This document shows, piece after piece, positions 27,750 through 38,797 of a DNA stretch of 38,797 bases (positions are counted from its first letter, which is position 1; every line of letters begins with the position of its first letter). Both the position numbers and the translations under genes were made by a program. The stretch lies in NCBI GenBank assembly GCA_041178365.1, contig JBEGVM010000148.1:1-38797 (forward strand), given 5' to 3'. The notes below the pieces were generated by a model. The model did no database searches and was not told the DNA's origin. It saw only the letters and a list, made by a program, of their open reading frames with translations. The stretch is from Gemmatimonadota bacterium. GTDB taxonomy: Bacteria; Gemmatimonadota; Gemmatimonadetes; Gemmatimonadales; Gemmatimonadaceae.

Positions 27750-28193
27750 TCACTGCCCCGGCATCCAGGGGCGGTCCCACGGGATCCCCGCGAAGATCAG
27801 CACCAACGTCGCCACCGTGAAGGCCAAGGCCATCCGGTGGCGCTTCGCATCATCGGCGGCATTCTTCGCCACGACCCCACCGATCGTCGCGACGATCGCG
27901 GCGACCACCATCAGCGTGGGATGCTCGGCGATGAAGAAGCGCAGCGGTGCGTTCTTCATGGTGCCCGCCATGTCGCCCATCGCCGCCTTGATGAGCGGGC
28001 TCACGACGAAGAGCGACAGTCCGGTGATCACCTGGAGGTGTAAGGCCGCGGTGAAGGTCAGCCCGAGCTGACGCGCCGCGGCATACGGCGTCCGGCCGTT
28101 CAGCCCCTGGATCATCCGCAGGACGGCGAGGATGCCCGCCGCGAGGACGAGCCATCGCAACGCATTGTGGGTGTGTAGGATCGCAGCATACAT
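27750..28193 (-). CDS. Four-TM membrane protein with several His residues (cytochrome b-like, function unknown)
   Basis: MYAAILHTHNALRWLVL, ALHLQVITGL, RFFIAEHPTLM, IFAGIPW; four hydrophobic segments. Confidence 0.7.
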   Translation of the reverse strand: MYAAILHTHNALRWLVLAAGILAVLRMIQGLNGRTPYAAARQLGLTFTAALHLQVITGLSLFVVSPLIKAAMGDMAGTMKNAPLRFFIAEHPTLMVVAAIVATIGGVVAKNAADDAKRHRMALAFTVATLVLIFAGIPWDRPWMPGQ

Positions 28194-28199
28194 GTCCGA

Positions 28200-30389
28200 T
28201 TAACCCTCCCCATCCGTGAGACGTTCCCGCCGAGCGACGGAGGTCACCCCCTTCACGCGACGCGCGGCATTGATGATGCGCTCGAGGTGCGCGAGGTTCT
28301 CCACCTCGACGAGCGCGGCCCCAGCCACCCGGCCATCGACGGTCTTCAGCTCGAGCGACCGGATATCGGTCCCCGCCGCACTGACGGCCGTCGCGAGATC
28401 GGCGTAGAGCCCGCGCCGATCCGTCCCCTCGATCGCGAGCCGGATCACGAAGCGCTCCCCCTCGCTCTCCTGCCAGTCGATCTCCAGCCGCCGCTCTGGT
28501 TCGTGCACGAGGAAGAGCAGGTTCGGACAATCCCCCCGGTGGATGCTCACGCCGCGTCCACGCGTGACGTAGCCGACGACGGCATCACCGGGGACGGGCT
28601 GACAGCACTGTGCATACCGCACCATCAACCCATCGGCCCCCTGGATGCGGAGCCCGCGTGAGGTCCCGGGGCGCCGCATCCGATCGATCAACCGCTCGAT
28701 CGGACTCGGTCGGAGCGCGACCTCCTGCGTCTCATTGAGATCGGGGTGCAACGCCTTGAGCACCGCGGTGACCCCGACGTCCCCCGACCCGATCGCCGCG
28801 AGGACGTGACCGACGCTCGGGAGCCTGAGCGCCGTCGCGATGGTCTCCAACTCGGCGTCCCCAAGCTTGGCGTGCCGACGACGACGCAACTCGCGATCGA
28901 GGATCTCCTGCCCGACAGCGACGAAGGTCTTCTGCTCCTCGTTCCGCAACCACTGCCGGATCTTGTGCCGGGCACGACCCGTGCGCACATGGGCCAGCCA
29001 ATCCCGGTTCGGGCGGGCCGACTGGGATCGGATGATCTCGACCGTCTCGGAGTTCCGGAGTTCCCGGGAGAGCGGCACGATCCGCCCATTCACCCGGGCC
29101 CCCTGCGTGTGGAGCCCCACCTGGGTGTGCACCGCGAAGGCGAAGTCGATCGGCGTCGCCCCCTTCGGGAGCTGGATCACATCCCCACTCGGCGTAAAGA
29201 CGAAGATCTCATCCTGATACAGGTCGAGCTTGAGGAACTCGAGGAACTGATCGGGGGTCTCGGCGTCGAGCTGGAGCTCGAGCACCTGCCGGAACCAGGA
29301 GAGATGGCGATCGAGGTCGCGACTTCCCTTCTCTCCCTCCTTGTACAACCAGTGGGCGGCGATGCCGAACTCCGCCGTCCGATGCATATCGCGCGTACGG
29401 ATCTGGATCTCGAAGAGCGTCCCACGCGGCCCGAAGATGGTCGTATGCAGCGACTGATACCCGTTCGACTTGGGCTGTGCGATGTAGTCCTTGATCCGCT
29501 CCTGCAACGGGGTCCAGGCCCCGTGGACCACGCCCAGGGCATGGTAGCACTCAGGGACGCTGTCGACGAGGACGCGAATGGCGTAGAGGTCGTAGATCTC
29601 GTCGTACGGGACATCCCGCTTCGCCATCTTCTTGTGGATGGACCAGAGATGTTTGGGGCGGCCGTTGACCTCCTGCACCTTCACGCCGCTCGCTCGGAGC
29701 GTCGACTCCAACGGCTGGAGCATCTCGGCGATGCGCGCATCTCGCGTGGCACGCTTCTCGGCGATCAGCTGCGCGAGGCTTTTATACTCGTCAGACTCGA
29801 GCCACTTGAAGGCGAGGTCTTCGAGTTCCGCTTTCATCGCGGCGAGCCCGAAGCGATGGGCCATCGGCGCATAGAGGTCGCGCGTCTCGAGCGCGATGCG
29901 CCGACGCTTCTCCTCCGGCATCCACTCGAGGGTCCGCATGTTATGCAGGCGGTCAGCGAGCTTGACCAGGATCACCCGCGCATCCTTGGCGACCGAGAGG
30001 AGGAGCTTGCGGTAGCTCTCCACCTGACGCTCCTCACGGGAGGCCATCGGGAGATGCCCGATCTTGGTCAATCCGTCGACGATCTGCGCGATCTCCCGCC
30101 CGAACTCGCGCTCCACATCCTCCACCGTGCGTCCGGTGTCCTCGACCACATCGTGGATCAGGCCGCTCGCGACCGTCACGGAATCGAGATGGAGCTCGGC
30201 GAGGATGCGGGCGACCTGTACGCAATGCGTCACATAGGGATCCCCGTTGCGCCGGGTCTGCCCCAGATGCGCTTTCTCACTGAACCGATAGGCGCGCCCG
30301 AGCAGGTCGGCGTCGAGCCGTCCGGCCAGCTCGGGGTCCTGGAGGTCCCACCCTGGGATGATGTCGATCAGCGGGGGCGCAGCGGTCAT
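28200..30389 (-). CDS. rel: Bifunctional (p)ppGpp synthetase/hydrolase (long RSH, Rel)
   Basis: Start ATG 30389; intact HD motif IHDVVED; KLADRLHNMRTL; RIKD-type synthetase with GYQSLHT; TGS (DFAFAVHT); CCQPVPGD; ACT domain. Confidence 0.95.
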   Translation of the reverse strand: MTAAPPLIDIIPGWDLQDPELAGRLDADLLGRAYRFSEKAHLGQTRRNGDPYVTHCVQVARILAELHLDSVTVASGLIHDVVEDTGRTVEDVEREFGREIAQIVDGLTKIGHLPMASREERQVESYRKLLLSVAKDARVILVKLADRLHNMRTLEWMPEEKRRRIALETRDLYAPMAHRFGLAAMKAELEDLAFKWLESDEYKSLAQLIAEKRATRDARIAEMLQPLESTLRASGVKVQEVNGRPKHLWSIHKKMAKRDVPYDEIYDLYAIRVLVDSVPECYHALGVVHGAWTPLQERIKDYIAQPKSNGYQSLHTTIFGPRGTLFEIQIRTRDMHRTAEFGIAAHWLYKEGEKGSRDLDRHLSWFRQVLELQLDAETPDQFLEFLKLDLYQDEIFVFTPSGDVIQLPKGATPIDFAFAVHTQVGLHTQGARVNGRIVPLSRELRNSETVEIIRSQSARPNRDWLAHVRTGRARHKIRQWLRNEEQKTFVAVGQEILDRELRRRRHAKLGDAELETIATALRLPSVGHVLAAIGSGDVGVTAVLKALHPDLNETQEVALRPSPIERLIDRMRRPGTSRGLRIQGADGLMVRYAQCCQPVPGDAVVGYVTRGRGVSIHRGDCPNLLFLVHEPERRLEIDWQESEGERFVIRLAIEGTDRRGLYADLATAVSAAGTDIRSLELKTVDGRVAGAALVEVENLAHLERIINAARRVKGVTSVARRERLTDGEG

Positions 30390-30439
30390 ACCTCGGTATA
30401 TCGCCGGCCCGACCAAAAGGTGCAAGCGCCCTGGCGCCG

Positions 30440-31120
30440 CTAGAGGATCCCCGACTCCGCGAAGGAGAGGTAGCGCCCTCGCCCGATCACGATATGGTCC
30501 TGCACCGGGATGTCGAGGAGCCGCCCCGCCGCTACCAACTGGGCGGTGATCTCCCGGTCGTCGGTGCTCGGCGTGGGGTCCCCCGACGGATGGTTGTGGA
30601 CGAGCACCAGGGCCGCCGCCCGCTCGGCGATCGCCTCCCGAAAGACCTCGCGCGGATGCACGAGCGACCCATTGAGGATCCCGCGGCTGATCAGCACGTC
30701 TCGTTCCAGTCGGTGCTGACTGTCGAGGATCGCCACATGGAACTCCTCCACGGGGAGTCCCTCGAGTCGCGGCGCGAAGTAGCGCCAGACATCGCGTGGT
30801 CCTCGCATCGGCTCCCCCTCCACCACTCCTTCGCCGGCGAGCCGGCGTCCGACCTCCAGCGCTGCCTGCACAGCGAGGGCGCGGGTCTCCCCGAGGCCGG
30901 GGACCTCGGCGAGCGCGGCCAGCGGCATCTGACCGAGCCGGCGCAGGGAGCCCCCCGCTCGAGCGAGCAGTGCGGCGGCGACCTCCGTGGTGCTCGACCC
31001 ACTCGGGGCGGAGCCGAGCAACAATCCGAGGAGCTCGCTCGTGGTCAGGGACTGGGCGCCGAGGGCGCGGAGGCGCTCACGGGGGCGGTCGGCGGGAGGG
31101 AGTTCGAGGACGGAAGGCAT
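30440..31120 (-). CDS. radC: RadC/JAB-domain protein (full-length form)
   Basis: Start ATG 31120; DRPRERL; HhH VPGLG; SLVHPREVF; JAMM motif HNHPSGDPTPSTDD; DHIVIG. Confidence 0.93.
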   Translation of the reverse strand: MPSVLELPPADRPRERLRALGAQSLTTSELLGLLLGSAPSGSSTTEVAAALLARAGGSLRRLGQMPLAALAEVPGLGETRALAVQAALEVGRRLAGEGVVEGEPMRGPRDVWRYFAPRLEGLPVEEFHVAILDSQHRLERDVLISRGILNGSLVHPREVFREAIAERAAALVLVHNHPSGDPTPSTDDREITAQLVAAGRLLDIPVQDHIVIGRGRYLSFAESGIL

Positions 31121-31169
31121 GTCGCCATCATGGCCGCCGCATCCTCGCCGCACAGCACCCTTCGGATGC

Positions 31170-31209
31170 CGATGGGGGCGCGAACTCTCACGCGTCCGCG
31201 CCCCCATCG
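31170..31209 (-). terminator. Hairpin downstream of secA
   Basis: 13-bp perfect stem CGATGGGGGCGCG (31170-31182) with CGCGCCCCCATCG (31197-31209), 35 nt past the secA stop. Confidence 0.6.
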
Positions 31210-31244
31210 TCTGCCATCAGTCGTGACACGCGATCAGGCCAGGG

Positions 31245-34457
<3,213 letters not shown>

Positions 34458-34463
34458 CCAGTC

Positions 34464-35054
34464 TCACTCGGTGGTGGTACGGTACACCCCATGCGCCGCG
34501 ATGTACGCGGCCACGGCATCCGTGACGAAGCCACGAATCGGGAGCCCCGCGCGCACCCGCGCACGAATCTCCGTCGCCGACAGGTCGACCCGTCGGGTCA
34601 CCAATCGGTCCCACACGATCCCTGCCGGCGCGGCAGGCATCGCCTCCTCCCCACGCGTACAGACGACCAACTGTGCCAGGGCGGCGACCTCCGCCGGCGC
34701 CTGCCACTGCGCAAAGGTCCTCGCGGCGTCCGCCCCGAGGATCAGATGCAGCGCGGCGTCAGGCCATGTGGCACGATACGCCCGCAGTGTGTCGACGGTG
34801 AAAGATAACCCGGGCCGATCGAGCTCGATGGGATCGACGGTGAGACGAGGATCACCCTCCGCGAGGAGGCGCAGCATGGCGAGCCGATGGGCTGCATCTG
34901 TGATGGCCGCATCGGACTTCAATGGCTGGCGTCTGGCCGGGATCAGGACGAGCCGATCGAGCGCCAGCTGCTCCAGCGCCCCGTACGCCAAGAGGAGATG
35001 GCCGATGTGCGGGGGATCGAAGGTCCCGCCGAGGATACCGACGCGCTCCCCCAC
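34464..35054 (-). CDS. nadD: Nicotinate-nucleotide adenylyltransferase
   Basis: GGTFDPPHIGH, SFTVDTL, LILGAD, LSATEIR. Confidence 0.93.
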   Translation of the reverse strand: MGERVGILGGTFDPPHIGHLLLAYGALEQLALDRLVLIPARRQPLKSDAAITDAAHRLAMLRLLAEGDPRLTVDPIELDRPGLSFTVDTLRAYRATWPDAALHLILGADAARTFAQWQAPAEVAALAQLVVCTRGEEAMPAAPAGIVWDRLVTRRVDLSATEIRARVRAGLPIRGFVTDAVAAYIAAHGVYRTTTE

Positions 35055-35059
35055 CTCAG

Positions 35060-35848
35060 TTACGCTTTCGGAGGACGAACCGCAGGAGCCAAGGCGCTAT
35101 CCATCGCCGCCGGGAGCTTGCAGAGGCGCACGACCTCACCATCCTTCGGGTACGCCGCGCGCAGCGTCACGCACACCTCTTCGGCATCATCGGTGTAGTT
35201 CAGCAGCGGGAGCCGATAGATCTCGACCATGCGCAGCATCGCCTGCCTCGCGCGATCAGACTCGGGCCACCCCTTCACCACGTCCTTGAAGTAGAGGATC
35301 GCCGAGTCGTACGCCTTGCGGCGCAGGTAGTGCATCCCGGTCTCGTAATCCTTGGTGGCGAACCGCTCATCGAGCCCCTCGAGCGCCACGGAGGCGGAGT
35401 CCGCCATCGGGGAATCGGGATAGACGCCGACGAGGAGGCGGAACTGCGTCTGCGCGAGGAGACCGTTCTGCGGATCGAGTGCCGCATTCGGCCAGAGGCC
35501 GAGATAGGCCTGCCCTGACATGTAGAGGGCATCGTCCGCCAGCGAGTCGTTGGGGAAGCTCTCAGCGAGACGGATGAAGGCCTGGGCCGCCAACAAGCGT
35601 TCGTCGCGCTTGAGCCGAGACTGCCCGAGATACCAATGGGCTCGCGGGAGGAGCGAGTCTCGGCTGGGGAGATCGAGCGTCAGCCGCTCGAAGGCCGCCG
35701 CCGCGTCGGTGTACTTCTTCGCGTCGTACCGCTCGATTCCCGCCTGATACAGGGAGACCGAGGTCGGATAGTTCCGTACGTTGAACGCACGGAAGCACCC
35801 GGCGGTGGCCAGCGCGAGGAACACGACGAGCGGGAGAGAGCGACGCAT
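35060..35848 (-). CDS. bamD: Outer-membrane protein assembly lipoprotein BamD
   Basis: Lipobox TAG-C; TPRs (LYQAG...KKYTDAAAAFE, FPNDSLADDALY, KDYETGMHYLRRKAYDSAILYF). Confidence 0.88.
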   Translation of the reverse strand: MRRSLPLVVFLALATAGCFRAFNVRNYPTSVSLYQAGIERYDAKKYTDAAAAFERLTLDLPSRDSLLPRAHWYLGQSRLKRDERLLAAQAFIRLAESFPNDSLADDALYMSGQAYLGLWPNAALDPQNGLLAQTQFRLLVGVYPDSPMADSASVALEGLDERFATKDYETGMHYLRRKAYDSAILYFKDVVKGWPESDRARQAMLRMVEIYRLPLLNYTDDAEEVCVTLRAAYPKDGEVVRLCKLPAAMDSALAPAVRPPKA

Positions 35849-36804
35849 CAGGTCGGGGGTTGGAGCCGCGCCGTCCCAGGGAGGGTGCGGAAGTACTCAA
35901 TGGTACGCAGTAACCCCTCGCGGAGTTGCACGGAGGGCTCCCAGCCGAGGATGGCCTTGGCCCGCGTGATATCGGGCTGCCGCACCTTGGGATCATCAGC
36001 TGGTAGCGGCAGGGATTCAATCGTCGAGGAGGAACCCGTGAGTTCGATCACCAGCTCGGCGAGCTCGCGGACCGTGAACTCATTCGGGTTGCCGATGTTG
36101 ACGGGCATCCGTTCCTGGCTCATGAAGAGCCGGTAGATCCCCTCCACCTCGTCGGAGACATAGCAGAAGGAGCGCGTCTGCGACCCGTCGCCGTAGACGG
36201 AGAGGGGCTCGCCGCAGAGTGCCTGCACGATGAAATTCGAGACGACACGCCCATCCCCCGGCCGCATCCGCGTCCCGTAGGTGTTGAAGATCCGGACGAT
36301 TCGCGTGTCTACCCCCTGCGCCCGATGGTAGGCCATCGTCATCGCCTCAGCGAAGCGCTTCGCCTCGTCATAGCACCCACGCGGCCCGATGGGGTTCACA
36401 TTCCCCCAGTAGGATTCCGGCTGCGGATGCACGAGGGGATCGCCATAGACCTCGGAGGTCGAGGCGAGGAGGAACCGGGCCTGCTTGGCGAGCGCGAGCC
36501 CCAGCGCGTTGTGCGTCCCGAGCGAGCCGACCTTCAGCGTCTGGATCGGGAGCTCGAGATAATCGACGGGACTGGCCGGCGAGGCGAAGTGCAGCACCCC
36601 GTCAAGATGACCGGGGACGTAGGTATACTCGGAGATATTGTGACGGATGAAGGAGAAGCGCTCGTGCCCCATGAGGTGCGCGATGTTCTCCGGTCGGCCG
36701 GTCAGGAAGTTGTCGAGCCCGATGACCTCATGGCCGTCCGCGAGGAAGCGATCGGCGAGATGGCTGCCGAGGAAGCCCGCGGCCCCGGTGATGAGGACTC
36801 TCAC
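35848..36804 (-). CDS. uxs: UDP-glucuronate decarboxylase (UDP-xylose synthase)
   Basis: [64 protein letters not shown]. Confidence 0.9.
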   Translation of the reverse strand: MRVLITGAAGFLGSHLADRFLADGHEVIGLDNFLTGRPENIAHLMGHERFSFIRHNISEYTYVPGHLDGVLHFASPASPVDYLELPIQTLKVGSLGTHNALGLALAKQARFLLASTSEVYGDPLVHPQPESYWGNVNPIGPRGCYDEAKRFAEAMTMAYHRAQGVDTRIVRIFNTYGTRMRPGDGRVVSNFIVQALCGEPLSVYGDGSQTRSFCYVSDEVEGIYRLFMSQERMPVNIGNPNEFTVRELAELVIELTGSSSTIESLPLPADDPKVRQPDITRAKAILGWEPSVQLREGLLRTIEYFRTLPGTARLQPPT

Positions 36805-38108
36805 TCAGCCCCCCGCCCGATCGAGCGGTAGGTGAAGCCCAAGGCCTGCATCTTCGCGGGGTCGTAGAGGTTGCGGCCGTCCACGACCACCGGGGTCTTG
36901 AGCGCTGCCTTCACCCGCGCGAAGTCGGGGAAGCGGTACTCGTTCCACTCGGTGACGATGACCAGCGCATCGGCCCCCTCCGCCGCGGCGTAGTTCGACG
37001 GGGCGTAGGTGATGCGGTCCCCGATCCGCCGCTCGGTCTCATGCATCGCTGCGGGATCGTGGGCCACGACCGTCGCCCCAGCGGCGAGCAGCTCGTCGAT
37101 CAACACCAGCGCCGGTGATTCGCGCATGTCGTCGGTGTTCGCCTTGAAGGCGAGCCCCCAGAGCGCGATGCGCTTCCCGCGCACCGAGCCACCGAGCGCC
37201 GCGGTCACCTTGGCGAAGAGCCGATGCTTCTGCCGCTCGTTGGCCTCTTCGACGGCCTTGAGCACCCCCATCGGGGCCCCGCGCTCCTCGGAGGTGCGCA
37301 CGAGCGCCTTCACATCCTTCGGGAAGCAGGAGCCACCGTAGCCGGGCCCCGGGAAGAGGAAGGCGGGACCGATCCGACCATCGCTCCCGATCCCCTTTCG
37401 CACGAGATCGACGTTCGCCCCGACGCGCTCGCAGAGGTTCGCGATCTCATTCATGAAGGAGATGCGGGTCGCGAGCATCGCATTGGCGGCATACTTGGTC
37501 ATCTCCGCCGACGGGATATCCATGAAGATGATCGGCTTCCCGGTGCGCACGAAGGGGGCATAGAGCTCCGCCATCCGCTCGCGCGCGAAGTCGCTCTCCA
37601 CCCCGATGACCACGCGATCGGGCTTCATGAAGTCGTCCACCGCGGCCCCCTCCTTCAGGAACTCGGGGTTGGAGCACATGTGATATGGGACCTTCGCATG
37701 TGGACGGATCGCCTCGGCGACCTTCTGCGCCGTCCCGACCGGCACCGTCGACTTGGTGACGACCACCACCTCGCGAGCCGCGTGCTGCCCGATCTGATCG
37801 GCGACGGCGAGCACATGCTTGAGATCGGCGGAACCATCTTCGTCAGGCGGGGTCCCTACGGCGATGAAGATCACATCGGCGGCGGCGATCGCGGCCGGGA
37901 TGTCGGTGGTGAAGGCCAAACGCCCGGCGACCCGATTGCGATGGACATACTCCTCGAGCCCTGGCTCGTAGATCGGGAGGATATCCTGATTGAGTCCCTC
38001 GATCTTCTTGGCGTCGACGTCGCCGCAGATGACGTCATTCCCCGTCTCCGCGAGACAGGCGCCGACGACCAGGCCAACATAGCCAGTCCCAACCACCGTC
38101 ACCTTCAT
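36801..38108 (-). CDS. ugd: UDP-glucose 6-dehydrogenase
   Basis: [28 protein letters not shown], catalytic [10 protein letters not shown]. Confidence 0.93.
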   Translation of the reverse strand: MKVTVVGTGYVGLVVGACLAETGNDVICGDVDAKKIEGLNQDILPIYEPGLEEYVHRNRVAGRLAFTTDIPAAIAAADVIFIAVGTPPDEDGSADLKHVLAVADQIGQHAAREVVVVTKSTVPVGTAQKVAEAIRPHAKVPYHMCSNPEFLKEGAAVDDFMKPDRVVIGVESDFARERMAELYAPFVRTGKPIIFMDIPSAEMTKYAANAMLATRISFMNEIANLCERVGANVDLVRKGIGSDGRIGPAFLFPGPGYGGSCFPKDVKALVRTSEERGAPMGVLKAVEEANERQKHRLFAKVTAALGGSVRGKRIALWGLAFKANTDDMRESPALVLIDELLAAGATVVAHDPAAMHETERRIGDRITYAPSNYAAAEGADALVIVTEWNEYRFPDFARVKAALKTPVVVDGRNLYDPAKMQALGFTYRSIGRGAE

Positions 38109-38112
38109 ACCA

Positions 38113-38797
38113 TCACTCCGTCGCAGCGCCCATGACCGGGCGCGATGAGGTCAGCGTCACGACGCGGGCACGCAGGGAGCCAAGCGTCGCCATGACATTC
38201 CGTGTATCGATGATCAACGGCGCATGCGTTCCCACCTGCCGGTAATCCACTTCGGTGTGATCGGTGATGATCACGACGGCATCCACCGCTCCAAGCAGCT
38301 TCGGCGTGAGCGGCACGCTCGCCATCGCATGCCCATCTTCTTGGAAGCGCACCACATGCGGATCGTGGTACTGCACCCGCGCGCCTCGCTCTTCCAACCG
38401 GCGCATCACGTCGAGCGCGGGACTCTCCCGCATGTCGTCGATGTCACGCTTGTACGCCACGCCGAGGACGAGGACCGCGCTCCCCTTCACCGCCTTCCCT
38501 TCATCGTTCAACGCCCAGGCCACCTTCTCGACCACGAAGTCGGGCATCGATGAATTGACCTCACTCGCCAGATCGATGAACCGCGTCTTGTAGTTGAGCG
38601 AGCGCATCTTCCAGGCGAGATAATGCGGGTCGAGGGGGATGCAGTGCCCCCCGATCCCAGGGCCCGGCGTGAACTTCATGAAGCCGAAGGGCTTGGTCGC
38701 CGCCGCCTCGATCACTTCCCAGATATCGACCCCGAGGCGATCGCAGACGATCGCCATCTCATTCACGAGCCCGATGTTCACCGAACGGAAGGTGTTC
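38113..38797 (-). CDS. UDP-N-acetylhexosamine 6-dehydrogenase (WbpA/WecC family), 5' end truncated by the window edge
   Basis: Frame open to the window end (...[13 protein letters not shown]); [24 protein letters not shown]; [15 protein letters not shown]. Confidence 0.85.
   Translation of the reverse strand, partial: NTFRSVNIGLVNEMAIVCDRLGVDIWEVIEAAATKPFGFMKFTPGPGIGGHCIPLDPHYLAWKMRSLNYKTRFIDLASEVNSSMPDFVVEKVAWALNDEGKAVKGSAVLVLGVAYKRDIDDMRESPALDVMRRLEERGARVQYHDPHVVRFQEDGHAMASVPLTPKLLGAVDAVVIITDHTEVDYRQVGTHAPLIIDTRNVMATLGSLRARVVTLTSSRPVMGAATE

Noticed and set aside
30440-31120. radC as a marker of a mobile or anti-defence element
   Set aside because: It is the full-length chromosomal form between secA and rel, with no integrase, transposase, att sites or compositional shift.

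Overview
A very GC-rich bacterial chromosomal segment of mostly core genes. It is most plausibly from Gemmatimonadota (FCB group), inferred from gene order, the long insertion-bearing SecA and the FCB-type LptD. Nearly all genes are on the minus strand, in tightly coupled runs. Read right to left these are: UDP-GlcNAc dehydrogenase (partial)-ugd-uxs-bamD-nadD-secA; radC-rel-membrane protein; uvrB-tsaE-tsaB/rimI fusion-ssb-LysM protein; epimerase-tolQRAB-pal-cpoB-tatC/lptD fusion-hutH-hutU-radical SAM-hutI; SgmX-like TPR protein-ispB-DUF4321-tatA; and a partial TPR protein at the left edge. Only ppiD and an H-NS-family gene are on the plus strand. I found no rRNA, tRNA, CRISPR array or mobile element. 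The best candidate for an undescribed system is a single ORF in which a complete TatC is joined through an internal signal peptide to a complete LptD barrel, a possible self-resolving polyprotein. Other leads: a strong excess of the Bacteroidota O-glycosylation sequon D-(S/T)-(A/I/L/V/M/T) in exported proteins, next to UDP-GlcA/UDP-Xyl genes; a radical SAM enzyme wedged into the hut operon; and an H-NS with SPKK/AT-hook motifs behind an AT-rich palindrome shared with uvrB. All counts were made by eye and no database searches were run.
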